NCBI GenBank assembly: GCA_050297535.1
Contig: JBNKSV010000004.1
Span: forward strand, 17,313 to 81,312
Source: Sedimenticolaceae bacterium
Lineage (GTDB): Bacteria; Pseudomonadota; Gammaproteobacteria; Chromatiales; Chromatiaceae
Direction of reading: 5' to 3'
Length of the DNA stretch: 64,000 nucleotides
The position numbers were made by a program, and so were the translations under genes. This document shows, piece by piece, positions 17,512 to 27,239 of this stretch. Position 1 is the stretch's first letter; each line of letters opens with the position of its first letter. The notes under the pieces were generated by a model that did no database searches, was not told the origin of the DNA, and saw nothing but the letters and a program-made list of their open reading frames with translations.

Positions 17512-18429
17512 TCAGGCGCAACTATCCGGGTCACACTCTGACCCATCCGCCTGATATCTCTCATCTTCCTGCCGCTGCCTGCGCGCAATCTCCGCCTGAC
17601 GACGGGCCTCCCAAATCTCTTCCCGCTCTCTCAGCCTCTTCTCCCAGGCGCCATCCTTTTCAGGGACGAAACGCTCTCCAAAGAACGCCTGCTTCATAAA
17701 TTTGTTTCCGAAGTGCATGAGAGGGATGTCCTCTTCAGCGAAGGTCGCATAAACGGAATCTTCCAACTCATAGGTGTTTTTAAAGGCATCGCTGGTGACA
17801 AAGCGCCGAAAACGATCCATATCAAACGAACACATAAAAAACATCTGCAGGGAGCTTTCCGGCAGTTGTCCGACCGTTGGCCCGGCGGAACGTTTTTTAA
17901 GCATGATCTGCAGCCACTCCTTGTTCATCTCATCGTATTCGATGGTCTCCTGCTCCTTCAGATACTCCTGTATTGTGAGTTCACGTTCTTCATCATGCCC
18001 TTTGCAATGCGCCTCTTCGATCAAGAAGTAGTGGGTCTCCTCATGGACCTCTCCGCTCTTGCGCATGGCCATGTGGCCCAGCGGGTAGTATCTGCAGGCG
18101 GTGGGACGATCCTTATACACGCTACATCCCTCGTCGGTCACGAACAGACAGCTACCCTCATCATCCGTACGCAGCTTCACGCCGGGCAGACCGTCCTGCT
18201 CCATCTGGAATGGCACGGTATGTTCCTTTAAAAAATCTGTAGAACTCTTACCCAGATGATTCTTGAGTCGGATGACGTCATAAGGAGTGAGCGTGATATC
18301 CGCCCGTTTGCAACAGGCATTGAAACAGGATATCCCGGGATAACAACGGAACTTCAGCTTGGAACCTAGTTCCAGCTTTTCCGGTACCATATTGCTTTTA
18401 AAGGGGATGTCTTCAATCTTGTCACTCAT
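17512..18429 (-). CDS. YkgJ-family (CxxCxxCC-type) cysteine-cluster protein with a long charged C-terminal extension
   Basis: FRCYPGISCFNACC, then CLFVTDEGCSVYKDRPTACRYYP. The tail is REREEIWEARRQAEIARRQRQEDERYQADGSECDPDSCA. Confidence 0.7.
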   Translation of the reverse strand: MSDKIEDIPFKSNMVPEKLELGSKLKFRCYPGISCFNACCKRADITLTPYDVIRLKNHLGKSSTDFLKEHTVPFQMEQDGLPGVKLRTDDEGSCLFVTDEGCSVYKDRPTACRYYPLGHMAMRKSGEVHEETHYFLIEEAHCKGHDEERELTIQEYLKEQETIEYDEMNKEWLQIMLKKRSAGPTVGQLPESSLQMFFMCSFDMDRFRRFVTSDAFKNTYELEDSVYATFAEEDIPLMHFGNKFMKQAFFGERFVPEKDGAWEKRLREREEIWEARRQAEIARRQRQEDERYQADGSECDPDSCA

Positions 18430-18507
18430 GATCTACCTCGACATTTAACCGCTAAATTCAGCGGGGTGTAACATTACCACATTTGGCAAAAACAGATCGC
18501 CTATGAT

Positions 18508-18541
18508 GAAAAAAGTCCGGACGCCTTGCGACATCCGGACT
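18508..18541 (-). terminator. Rho-independent terminator of aprBA
   Basis: AGTCCGGA / TCCGGACT stem (18514-18521 / 18534-18541) with a 12-nt loop. On the minus strand a T-run (complement of 18509-18513) follows it. It lies 30 nt downstream of the aprA stop. Confidence 0.7.
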
Positions 18542-18571
18542 TTCTTTTACTCCTATACCGTCAAATAGTGC

Positions 18572-20560
18572 TTATTTGAACAGCTTGGACTTGTCGACCA
18601 GATCAACGTGTGCACGCTTGAAGCACTTGAAGGTCTTGGCCTCTTTGTCATAGATGGAGTTCACGAAGCACTTCCAGTTCTCCTCGTCGACAAAGTTCTT
18701 ATCGGCGCGATAGTAGAAACCAGGATAACGTGATTCCTCACGGAACTGGATGTGTTTCATGTGAGCTTCCGCGGTGAAGATACGGTGATAGTTCTCCCAG
18801 GCACGCAGCAATTCATGCAGGTCCTTGGCGCGCATCTTCAGGGCGTCTTCCTTCAGGTCAGCCAGCTTCTCTTCAGCCACGGCGAGCATGTGCTCGTTGG
18901 TGGTGTAGTAGGTGGCAACACCAGCTACGTATTCGTCCATCAGCTTCTGCAGACGGAACTGCAGCATCTTAGGAGTAACGTAGTTCGGGTTAACGTCGAT
19001 AGCGGTAGAGTAATCCTTGTGCTCCAGGAAGTTACGTACCGGACGGTAGATCTCATTGATCAGATCCTCAACGGAGGTATCCAGCTCAGGGGTGTGGTCT
19101 TTGTTGTCCATTACGAACTTGACCATAGCCTTGGCAGCGATACGACCCTCGGCGTGTGAACCGGAAGAGAACTTGTGACCGGAGGCACCAACACCGTCAG
19201 CGGCGGTGAACAGGCCAGTTACGGTGGTCATGCCACGGTAGCCCCAGTTCCAGCCCTTCGGCAGATGCTCAGGTACACCGGCTTCGGTCTCTTCGGTAGG
19301 TGCGCCCAGATCTTCCGGACCAGATACCCAGATACCGCAGCAACCGGAGTGAGAACCCAGCAGGTATGGTTCGGTAGGCATCAGCTCAGAGTTCTTCTTC
19401 TCTGGCTCGATGTTCTCACCGGCCCAGATACCGCACTGGCCGACACACATATCCAGGAAGTCTTCCCAAGCCTCTGCTTCCAGATGTTTAACCTCACGTG
19501 GAGACAGGGTCTCACGCAGGTTGGCAAGGGCGGTTACGGTGTCCATCCAGATAGGACCACGACCTTCCTTCATCTCTTTCAGCATCAGGTGGTTACGCAG
19601 ACAAGAAGCAGGAACGGCAGCCTGACCATATGGAGGATAGTCGTCCAGCATCTCTTTGTTGCGCTGCATGTAGATCTCGCCAAAGGCGTTGGTGGCCTGA
19701 GACTTGAAGAGCAGGAACCATGCACCTACAGGACCATAACCGTCCTTGAAACGGGCAGGTACGAAGCGGTTTTCCATCAGGGTCAGCTCGGCGCCAGCCT
19801 GAGCAGCCATGGTGTAGGTGGAACCAGCGTTCCAAACCGGGTACCAGGCACGGCCCTGACCCTCACCTACGGAGCGAGGACGGAAGATGTTTACACAGCC
19901 ACCGGCTACCAGCAGGCAAGCCTTGAACTTGTAAACAAACAGCTTGTGCTCACGTACAGAGAAACCAACGGCACCGGCTACGCGGTTGCTGTCATTCTTG
20001 TCGTTTACCAGCTTAACGATAAAGACACGCTCCTGGATGTTGTCCACACCCAGAGCCTTCTTGGCGGCCTCGGCTACGATCCACTTGTAGGACTCACCGT
20101 TGATCATGATCTGCCACTTACCGGAACGAACAGGCTTACCGCCGTCCTTCAGGGCGGTCATACCCTTGGAACCGTCGTGACGCTCACCGTTTTCGTCGGT
20201 CTTCCAGATAGGCAGACCCCACTCCTCGAACAGGTGTACAGATTCGTCTACGTGACGGCCCAGGTCATAGGCCAAGTCATCACGGGTAATACCCATCAGG
20301 TCGTTGGAGACCATACGGGCGTAATCTGCAGGATCCTGCTCAGGACCGATGTAGGTATTGATTGCAGACAGACCCTGGGCTACAGCACCGGAACGGTCCA
20401 TAGCGGCCTTGTCTACCAGTTTAACTTTGATGTCGCCACCAGCTGCCTTGATCCATGGACCCAGCTCATAAGCAGCGCCACAGGCGCCCATACCGCCACC
20501 GATGATGAGGATATCTACCTCTTCTTCGACGACTTCAGGATTTCCAAATTCTCCAGCCAT
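18572..20560 (-). CDS. aprA: Adenylylsulfate (APS) reductase alpha subunit
   Basis: 662 aa, FAD fold ILIIGGGMGACGAAYE, AprA-like over its full length, and sits directly downstream of aprB. Confidence 0.9.
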   Translation of the reverse strand: MAGEFGNPEVVEEEVDILIIGGGMGACGAAYELGPWIKAAGGDIKVKLVDKAAMDRSGAVAQGLSAINTYIGPEQDPADYARMVSNDLMGITRDDLAYDLGRHVDESVHLFEEWGLPIWKTDENGERHDGSKGMTALKDGGKPVRSGKWQIMINGESYKWIVAEAAKKALGVDNIQERVFIVKLVNDKNDSNRVAGAVGFSVREHKLFVYKFKACLLVAGGCVNIFRPRSVGEGQGRAWYPVWNAGSTYTMAAQAGAELTLMENRFVPARFKDGYGPVGAWFLLFKSQATNAFGEIYMQRNKEMLDDYPPYGQAAVPASCLRNHLMLKEMKEGRGPIWMDTVTALANLRETLSPREVKHLEAEAWEDFLDMCVGQCGIWAGENIEPEKKNSELMPTEPYLLGSHSGCCGIWVSGPEDLGAPTEETEAGVPEHLPKGWNWGYRGMTTVTGLFTAADGVGASGHKFSSGSHAEGRIAAKAMVKFVMDNKDHTPELDTSVEDLINEIYRPVRNFLEHKDYSTAIDVNPNYVTPKMLQFRLQKLMDEYVAGVATYYTTNEHMLAVAEEKLADLKEDALKMRAKDLHELLRAWENYHRIFTAEAHMKHIQFREESRYPGFYYRADKNFVDEENWKCFVNSIYDKEAKTFKCFKRAHVDLVDKSKLFK

Positions 20561-20614
20561 TCTTAATTACCTCTATAAAAAATTTGTTAATTAGGTTTGC
20601 GGCTCGAAACCTGC

Positions 20615-21082
20615 TTATTTACGGATCAGCTCGCTGGCGTCACCGGCGCGGAAGCCGTTGCACTGCACAAAGAAGCCTGGCTCGTTGATCTTGCTGATAT
20701 CGGCTTCTGGCTTGCCACCATACGCATCGATAGAACCTTCAGCGGTGGTGCGGATTGGGAACTTGAAGCGCTTCATGGTGCCATTACGGAACTTGATGGT
20801 CCACATGATGGAATCTGTACCGCGCAGAGGCTGTACTGATCCGCCCAGCGGAACAATATCGGCATAAGGGCGGGCCTCAATGGCCTGCTGCGGGCAGATC
20901 TTGATGCAGGAGTAGCACTCCCAGCACTGCTCTGGCTCCTGGTTGAAGGCGCGCATCTCATGGCCGGTCTCAGAACCGTTCATATCTAGCTTCATAAGAT
21001 TATGCGGGCAAATGTACATGCAAGCGGTCTTGTCCTGACCCTTGCAGCCATCACACTTATCGGTACGCACAAAACTTGGCAT
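20615..21082 (-). CDS. aprB: Adenylylsulfate reductase beta subunit (2x[4Fe-4S])
   Basis: MPSFVRTDKCDGCKG...CMYICP and CWECYSCIKICP, 155 aa with an AprB-type C-terminal tail. AGGAGA RBS. Confidence 0.9.
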   Translation of the reverse strand: MPSFVRTDKCDGCKGQDKTACMYICPHNLMKLDMNGSETGHEMRAFNQEPEQCWECYSCIKICPQQAIEARPYADIVPLGGSVQPLRGTDSIMWTIKFRNGTMKRFKFPIRTTAEGSIDAYGGKPEADISKINEPGFFVQCNGFRAGDASELIRK

Positions 21083-21626
21083 GGTGCTTTTCTCCTAGTT
21101 TCACTGATGTGATTTATCGTCGTCTCAATAACGACTTAAGTACTTAAAATTATTAATCTGGCTTCTGGACAGAACTTCCTGATTCTGATTTCATCCAACT
21201 GCCTCCGATTCCCTTGATAAGCAATCCCTGGGAACCTCTATCTTGTTATCCAGATAGTGACCAGGAGCAACTCTAAGTTGAATAAATAAACTGCATTTTT
21301 CGCTTTATCTTCTCCCGGGATCGACAAACATAAAGAGTTGCGCACAAAAGTGCCAAACAGTTCTTTGGAGGTCAGCATAAAATAACTTTATATTAATGTT
21401 ATTAGACACTGAATGTCTTACACTACACCCATAATTCAACAGATGTGAAATCGCCCATACTCGTATAATTATCTTTATAAACAATATGATATGGATGTTG
21501 CCCCAAAACTTCGGCCTGTATACCATCAACCATATTCCTAGCGCAGAAGTAGGTTAATAGCCTAGGATTAAACAAGGTCGCCCCCTCAGAAAATAACCCA
21601 CACGAACAATTTGCAGCGCACAAGAC

Positions 21627-22286
21627 ATGAACAGCAGCAACATATCCCCACCACAGGCCCTACTATTGATAGCCACCCACTGCCAACACTGCTCACCAGT
21701 ATTGGATGCCATGTCTCACATGGTGAAGAGCGGCATCTTAGGCCGCCTTGAGGTGATTAACATCGCGGCACACCCCGAAAAGGCCCAGGAATTTGGCGCG
21801 ACTTCGGCCCCATGGATCAGGATAGACCAATTTGAATTTACCGGCCTCTACACGGAAAAGGAGCTCATGCACTGGACCGAAATGGCCGTATCCAGCTCGG
21901 GATTCAGCGCCTACTTCACCCATCTCATAGAGATCAGAAAGCTGGATTTATTGGTGAGAATGATCAAGCGAGACCCGGATCGTCTTGATGATCTATTAAA
22001 ACTCTTGGGAAATATCGAAATACCTATGGCCATCCGCATCGGAGTGGGAGCGGCCATTGAGGAGTTACAGGAACTGAACCTGCTCTCACCGGCAGCTCCG
22101 AGACTGATTGAGCTTACCATGTCGGACCAACCCCAGATCAGGGCCGATGCCTGCCACTATCTCGGTCTAACCGGAGACCCAGAAGCAATACCCGCCGTGA
22201 ACAGGTTGCTGACGGATGTGGATCGTGAAGTGAGAGAGATTGCGGCCGAAACCATCACACTTCTTAGTGACACCGGACAATACTGA
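21627..22286 (+). CDS. Thioredoxin-fold (CxxC) protein fused to HEAT-like repeats
   Basis: The N-terminus LLIATHCQHCSPVLDAM...APWIRID resembles a glutaredoxin/thioredoxin-like fold with CQHC. The C-terminus ADACHYLGLTGDPEAIPAVNRLLTDVDREVREIAAETI looks like a PBS-lyase HEAT-like repeat. Confidence 0.6.
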   Translation: MNSSNISPPQALLLIATHCQHCSPVLDAMSHMVKSGILGRLEVINIAAHPEKAQEFGATSAPWIRIDQFEFTGLYTEKELMHWTEMAVSSSGFSAYFTHLIEIRKLDLLVRMIKRDPDRLDDLLKLLGNIEIPMAIRIGVGAAIEELQELNLLSPAAPRLIELTMSDQPQIRADACHYLGLTGDPEAIPAVNRLLTDVDREVREIAAETITLLSDTGQY

Positions 22287-22400
22287 AAGGTCTTCTGATT
22301 AATTCACCAGCCCGAATTAAACAACAGGCCAGATCCACCCTGTTTTTACAATTAAGGCAGATCTGGCCTTCGCGCATACCCTCAATAACAAACATCTTGT

Positions 22401-22784
22401 CTAGCGAAACAGAAGTCCAAACATTCCATAACTGCCGTCCCATGGTGAGCGGCGATAGTTTCTACGGTCATAACGCGCATGACGATTGTGTTTCAACTGA
22501 TATATATGACGGCCCGCCTGGACATATCTATTCATAAGGGCTCTACGCTCTCCCCTGGATAGGTGTCCATCTCTCAGATAACGGTTCTCTAACCGTTGAA
22601 TACTACGCTGTTCTTGGCGCAAGACCCTAACCTCTCCTTTGGTTAACTCACCGGAACGAATGCCCTGTTGAATACTGCGCACCTGCGTCCTCTCCATATC
22701 ATGCAGTGATGTCCTGGCAAAGGCGGGCATAGCCAAACCAAGGGCCAAAAGAACGAATAAGATTTTGCTTGAATGTTTTTTCAT
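22401..22784 (-). CDS. Small secreted Arg-rich protein with an internal repeat (hypothetical)
   Basis: ATG 22784 is preceded by GGAGGA. Signal peptide MKKHSSKILFVLLALGLAMPAFA. Repeated unit: SGELTKGEVRVLRQEQRSIQR and DGHLSRGERRALMNRYVQAGR. The track start at 22877 adds a non-signal extension. Confidence 0.55.
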   Translation of the reverse strand: MKKHSSKILFVLLALGLAMPAFARTSLHDMERTQVRSIQQGIRSGELTKGEVRVLRQEQRSIQRLENRYLRDGHLSRGERRALMNRYVQAGRHIYQLKHNRHARYDRRNYRRSPWDGSYGMFGLLFR

Positions 22785-22908
22785 GTCGAATCCTCCTATA
22801 TCTGTTTGATTCATTTTCAGAATAGGGGACACCGCATGAACCACGCCTGAACGACTCGGTTTTATTATCCAAACCAAGTAAGGAGATAAAAATACCCACC
22901 AGAAGAAT

Positions 22909-24360
22909 CTATTTGCGCCAGTAGGCTGGAGAGAAAAGAACTAGCAAGGTGAAGATCTCAAGACGCCCCAGAAGCATGGCAAAACAAAGGATCCATTTGG
23001 CCGGATCGCTCAATCCGGCGAAGTTAGAAGCAACCGCAGACAACCCCGGACCAAGATTATTGATGCACGCCGCCACCGCCGAAAACGCGGTCATCAAATC
23101 CAGCCCGGTCAGGGCCAGGGCCAGATACATCACCACAAAACTTGCAACATATAGAGAGAAGAAGCCCCAAACCGCCCCCACTATCCTATGGTCAACAACC
23201 TTCCCGCCTACCCGAACCGGGATCTGGGCGTTGGGATGAATCAGGCGCGTTATCTCGCGCATACCCTGCTTGATCAACAGCAAGAACCTGATCACCTTAA
23301 TACCGCCACCCGTGGAACCGGCGCAACCACCGATAAAGCTGACAAACAGCAGCAAGATAGCGACAAACCCTGGCCACACAGAAAAGTCTGCGGTCGTAAA
23401 CCCAGTTGAAGTGCCAAAAGAAACCGCCTGAAACATACCCTTTATGATGGCACGCCCCAGATTAGAGTAGGTGTCGGTCGCATACAGCACTAGGCCCGCC
23501 AACAGTGAAGCGGTAAGCATCACCGTGACGTACAGCAAAAACTCCGAATCTTGCAGATAGGTGCGAATATCCATACGCCTAGCCGCCACGAAATGGAGCG
23601 AAAAGTTCACGCCCGCCAACAGCATAAACACCACAGCGATCAACTCCACCATGACATTATCAAAATACCCCATGCTGGCGTCGTGGGTTGAGAAGCCACC
23701 GGTGGCAAGGGTGGCGAAGGCATGGGACACCGCATCAAACATATCCATACCTGCGACCCAGAAGGCCAGAGTACACACCACCGTCAGACCCAGGTAGATA
23801 AACCATAGCGCCTTGGCTGTCTCCGTGATCCTGGGCGTTAGTTTGGAGTTTTTCATAGGACCAGGGGTCTCTGCCCGATAGAGCTGCATCCCGCCGATAC
23901 CTAGCATCGGCAGCACCGCAACTGCCAATACGATGATACCCATACCACCCAGCCACTGTAGCAATTGCCGGTAGAACAGGATCGATTTAGGCAAAGAATC
24001 AAGTCCAACTATAACCGTGGCCCCGGTGGTGGTCAGACCGGATATGGATTCGAAAACCGCGTCCGTCAACGACACATTCGGGCTCTCCGACAAGATAAGA
24101 GGCACCGCACCCAACAGACCAAGGACCACCCAAAACATCGCCACCACCATAAAACCATCGCGTAGTCGTAGCTCACGTCTCTCTTTGCGCACCGGATACC
24201 AGCACAACGCCCCACTTATAAATATGCCGAAGAACCCTCCCAGAAACGCGAACAGGGCCTCATCCTGATAAAACAAGGAAATCAATATAGGCGGCAGCAT
24301 GCTCAAGCTGAACACCATCATAAGAATACCGAGTATCCGCTGCACCACTACGAATTGCAT
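22909..24360 (-). CDS. trkH: Trk-type K+ uptake membrane subunit
   Basis: 483 aa polytopic membrane protein, TrkH-like with repeated GLTTTGATV / STGGFST / STGF pore-loop type motifs, immediately downstream of trkA. Confidence 0.85.
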   Translation of the reverse strand: MQFVVVQRILGILMMVFSLSMLPPILISLFYQDEALFAFLGGFFGIFISGALCWYPVRKERRELRLRDGFMVVAMFWVVLGLLGAVPLILSESPNVSLTDAVFESISGLTTTGATVIVGLDSLPKSILFYRQLLQWLGGMGIIVLAVAVLPMLGIGGMQLYRAETPGPMKNSKLTPRITETAKALWFIYLGLTVVCTLAFWVAGMDMFDAVSHAFATLATGGFSTHDASMGYFDNVMVELIAVVFMLLAGVNFSLHFVAARRMDIRTYLQDSEFLLYVTVMLTASLLAGLVLYATDTYSNLGRAIIKGMFQAVSFGTSTGFTTADFSVWPGFVAILLLFVSFIGGCAGSTGGGIKVIRFLLLIKQGMREITRLIHPNAQIPVRVGGKVVDHRIVGAVWGFFSLYVASFVVMYLALALTGLDLMTAFSAVAACINNLGPGLSAVASNFAGLSDPAKWILCFAMLLGRLEIFTLLVLFSPAYWRK

Positions 24361-24424
24361 ATATTCTCACCCCACAGCAATCCGGTGGCAGGCCAGCACA
24401 CAATCTTATTGGCCACAGATGGTT

Positions 24425-25798
24425 TCATAGAAAATTAACGCCTACCTGAAACAATTTTTCTACTTCACCGATTCGGCGCTTATCCACCAGGAACAGGATA
24501 ACGTGATCCTCGGATTCGATTACGGTATCGTGGTGTGCAATGAGTACCTCTTCACCCCGTAGGATGGCCCCGATGCTTGCTCCCTTGGGCAGCTTGATGT
24601 CCTCGATCATCTTACCCACCACCTTGGAGGAAGAGGCGTCCCCGTGCGCCACCGCCTCTATCGCTTCGGCGGCACCGCGACGCAGAGAATGCACCACCTC
24701 CACATCACCGCGCCGCACATGGGCCAGGAGGCTGCCGATGGTGGCATGTTGCGGAGAAATGGCTATATCAATAGGGCCACTCTGCACCAGATCTACATAA
24801 GATGGGCGATTTATCAGCGCCATAACCTTGCGCGCACCCAGGCGCTTGGCCAGCATTGCGGAAAGGATATTTGCCTCATCATCATTGGTTACGGCACAGA
24901 ATACATCCGTATCCTCAATATTCTCCTCCAGCAACAGCTCCTCGTCCGCGCCGTCCCCATGCAGCACTATGCAGTTATCCAGATCCTCTGCCAACTCCTT
25001 TGACCTGTTCCGGCCACGGTCGATGATCTTTACCTGATAATCCTGTTGCAGTTCCTGGGCCAGACGCTTGCCTATGTTCCCGCCCCCGGCAATTATCACG
25101 CGCTTGAATGGGCGCTCCAACTTGCGCAGCTCACTCATAACCGAACGGATATTCTCCACGGCGGCGATAAAAAAGACCTCATCATCCATCTCAATCTTGG
25201 TATCGCCTTCCGGATGGATCGCCTTGCCCTGCCGGTAGATAGCGGCGACCCTGGCATCCACATGAGGCATATGGTCGTATAGGGTCTTCAACTTCTGCCC
25301 GACCAGAGGACCGCCGTGGTAGGCACGCACGGCCACCAAGCGAATCCTGCCCTCGGCAAAATCCAGCACCTGCAAGGCTCCGGGATATTCGATCAGACGA
25401 TAGATATAGTCGGTGACCGACTGCTCCGGACTGATCAGAAGATCAACAGGCAGGGCCTCGCTACCGAACAGTTCCGGATAATTCAAAAATCCCTGGGACC
25501 GCACCCGCGCAATCTTGGTGGGGGTGCGGAAAAGACTGTAGGCCACCTGACAGGCTACCATGTTGGTCTCATCGCTGTTAGTGACCGCCAGGATCATATC
25601 GGCATCGTCTGCACCCGCCTGCAGTAACACATCGGGATAGGCCGCATGTCCTTGCACAGTACGTAGATCCAGGCGATCCTCCAGGGCCTTTAGCAGTTCC
25701 GGGTTCTTGTCGACGATGGTGATATCGTTATCTTCCAGAACCAGATTCTCTGCCACAGAGGTACCCACCTGTCCTGCGCCAAGAATGATTATCTTCAT
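24425..25798 (-). CDS. trkA: Trk system NAD-binding peripheral subunit
   Basis: Two Rossmann motifs, [13 protein letters not shown] and [13 protein letters not shown]; 457 aa. Confidence 0.9.
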   Translation of the reverse strand: MKIIILGAGQVGTSVAENLVLEDNDITIVDKNPELLKALEDRLDLRTVQGHAAYPDVLLQAGADDADMILAVTNSDETNMVACQVAYSLFRTPTKIARVRSQGFLNYPELFGSEALPVDLLISPEQSVTDYIYRLIEYPGALQVLDFAEGRIRLVAVRAYHGGPLVGQKLKTLYDHMPHVDARVAAIYRQGKAIHPEGDTKIEMDDEVFFIAAVENIRSVMSELRKLERPFKRVIIAGGGNIGKRLAQELQQDYQVKIIDRGRNRSKELAEDLDNCIVLHGDGADEELLLEENIEDTDVFCAVTNDDEANILSAMLAKRLGARKVMALINRPSYVDLVQSGPIDIAISPQHATIGSLLAHVRRGDVEVVHSLRRGAAEAIEAVAHGDASSSKVVGKMIEDIKLPKGASIGAILRGEEVLIAHHDTVIESEDHVILFLVDKRRIGEVEKLFQVGVNFL

Positions 25799-25871
25799 AG
25801 TGTTATCTTGCTTACAAAAAGGTCTCTTTAGTGGTATCGAAAACGACGTCTATAGCCATCCCCGACCGGCA

Positions 25872-27239
25872 TCACTTTTTATCTTTAATCTCGATCCCCA
25901 GGGATTTGAGTTTACGGTAGAGATGAGTACGCTCCACCTCAGCCGCCTCCGCAGTTTTGCTGACATTACCCTCATGCTTCTCCAGCTGATACTCCAGATA
26001 CACCTTCTCAAACTGCTCGCGAGCCTGACGCAGTGGCTGATCGAAAGAAAACATCCCTCCGGCATTCACCATTTCGGTCGCCTTGCGCCCGCTTACGGCC
26101 AGCTCGACCTCGTCCTGGGTGATCTCGTCTCCCGCCCCCAGTATCAACAACCGCTGCACCATGTTCTTCAACTCCCGGACATTACCCGGCCAGACATAGT
26201 TGCGCAGAAAATTCTGGGCTCCGACACTAAAGTGCCGATAAGGCAACTTTTCGTGTTGTACAAAATGATCAACGTAGAATTTTAACAAATCAGGTACATC
26301 TTCAGGATGCTCATGCAGAGGAGGGATGTTCAACGGCACCACATTTAGATGATAGAAGAGATCTTCGCGGAAACGGCCTTCCCGCACCTCAACCTCCAGA
26401 TCGCGCTTGGTTGCGGCGATAATACGCACATCAATCTCCACCGGATCAGTTCCGCCAATGCGTAGAAAAGAGCCACTATCCAGGGCCCCCAACAGCTGGG
26501 CCTGGGCCTCCAGATCCATGTCCGCCACCTCGTCCAGAAACAGGGTTCCACCCCGGGCCTGTTCCAGGGCGCCATATTGGATACGCTCACCCTTTTCGCT
26601 GCCAAACAGCTCGCGTGCCGAGTTGCCCTTGGCAATGGCCGACACCCCCATATCCACAAACAATCCGTCACGGCGCGTACTCTGGCTATGGAGATAGCGG
26701 GCGAAGGTCTCCCTGCCGCTGCCAGCCTGTCCGGTTATCAACACCCAGGAGTCGTGCTGCGCCACCCGCTTCACCTGCTCCCGCAAGCGTTGCATCACCG
26801 TACTCTTGCCGATGGGTTCCACCACGTGCTGTACGTGGCGACGTAGACCCAGATTCTCTTGCTGTAGCTTGTTTGCCTCCAGGGAACGCTCTACGGTCAA
26901 TAGCAGTTTCGCCAGAGAGAGGGGCTTCTCCAGGAAATCATAGGCGCCATAGCGGGTCGCCTCCACCGCCGTCTCCACGGTACCGTGTCCGGACATCATA
27001 ATCACGGGGCAGGGCAATCCATCATCCTCGGCCCACTCCTTCAACAGGGTGATACCATCTATGTCTGGCATCCATATATCCAGAAGCACGAGGTCAGGGC
27101 GACGATCACGCAGGGCGCTACGAGCGGCGGCGCCATTCTCCGCCGTTGCCACCGAATACTCTTCGTCCTCCAGGATCTCCTTTACCAGGGTCCTGATATC
27201 CGGCTCGTCATCCACTACCAATATGTGGGCCTGACTCAT
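25872..27239 (-). CDS. ntrX: NtrX-type response regulator (REC - AAA+ sigma54-interaction-like - Fis HTH)
   Basis: REC domain (VVDDEPDIR...LLDIWMPDIDG), Walker A GQAGSGRE, and TLFLDEV. The GAFTGA loop is replaced (ELFGSEKGERIQYGALE), as is typical of NtrX. Overlaps ntrY by 4 nt. Confidence 0.75.
   Translation of the reverse strand: MSQAHILVVDDEPDIRTLVKEILEDEEYSVATAENGAAARSALRDRRPDLVLLDIWMPDIDGITLLKEWAEDDGLPCPVIMMSGHGTVETAVEATRYGAYDFLEKPLSLAKLLLTVERSLEANKLQQENLGLRRHVQHVVEPIGKSTVMQRLREQVKRVAQHDSWVLITGQAGSGRETFARYLHSQSTRRDGLFVDMGVSAIAKGNSARELFGSEKGERIQYGALEQARGGTLFLDEVADMDLEAQAQLLGALDSGSFLRIGGTDPVEIDVRIIAATKRDLEVEVREGRFREDLFYHLNVVPLNIPPLHEHPEDVPDLLKFYVDHFVQHEKLPYRHFSVGAQNFLRNYVWPGNVRELKNMVQRLLILGAGDEITQDEVELAVSGRKATEMVNAGGMFSFDQPLRQAREQFEKVYLEYQLEKHEGNVSKTAEAAEVERTHLYRKLKSLGIEIKDKK

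Noticed and set aside
19175-20566. 463-aa ORF on the plus strand, the longest 'extra' ORF in the track
   Set aside because: It lies entirely antisense to aprA, whose product is unmistakable. Its translation is low-complexity (G/T/V/L/R-rich) with no motif. It is a typical open antisense frame of a codon-biased gene.
21338-21356. Sigma54-like element on the minus strand upstream of aprB (TGGCAC-TTTTG-TGC)
   Set aside because: The GG and GC dinucleotides are separated by 9 nt rather than the required 10, which is normally incompatible with sigma54 binding. The only bEBP-like protein in the window (NtrX) also lacks GAFTGA.
21305-21623. Two overlapping small minus-strand ORFs (74 and 66 aa) in the aprB upstream region
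   Set aside because: The region is AT-rich non-coding-looking sequence. There is no RBS, the two ORFs overlap each other in different frames, and the hydrophobic/odd composition is consistent with chance ORFs.
22327-22368. GGCCAGATC...GATCTGGCC inverted repeat between the Trx-HEAT gene and the small secreted protein gene
   Set aside because: The stem is perfect, but the 24-nt loop and the lack of clear U-tracts make a terminator call unsafe. It is noted only as a possible structure.
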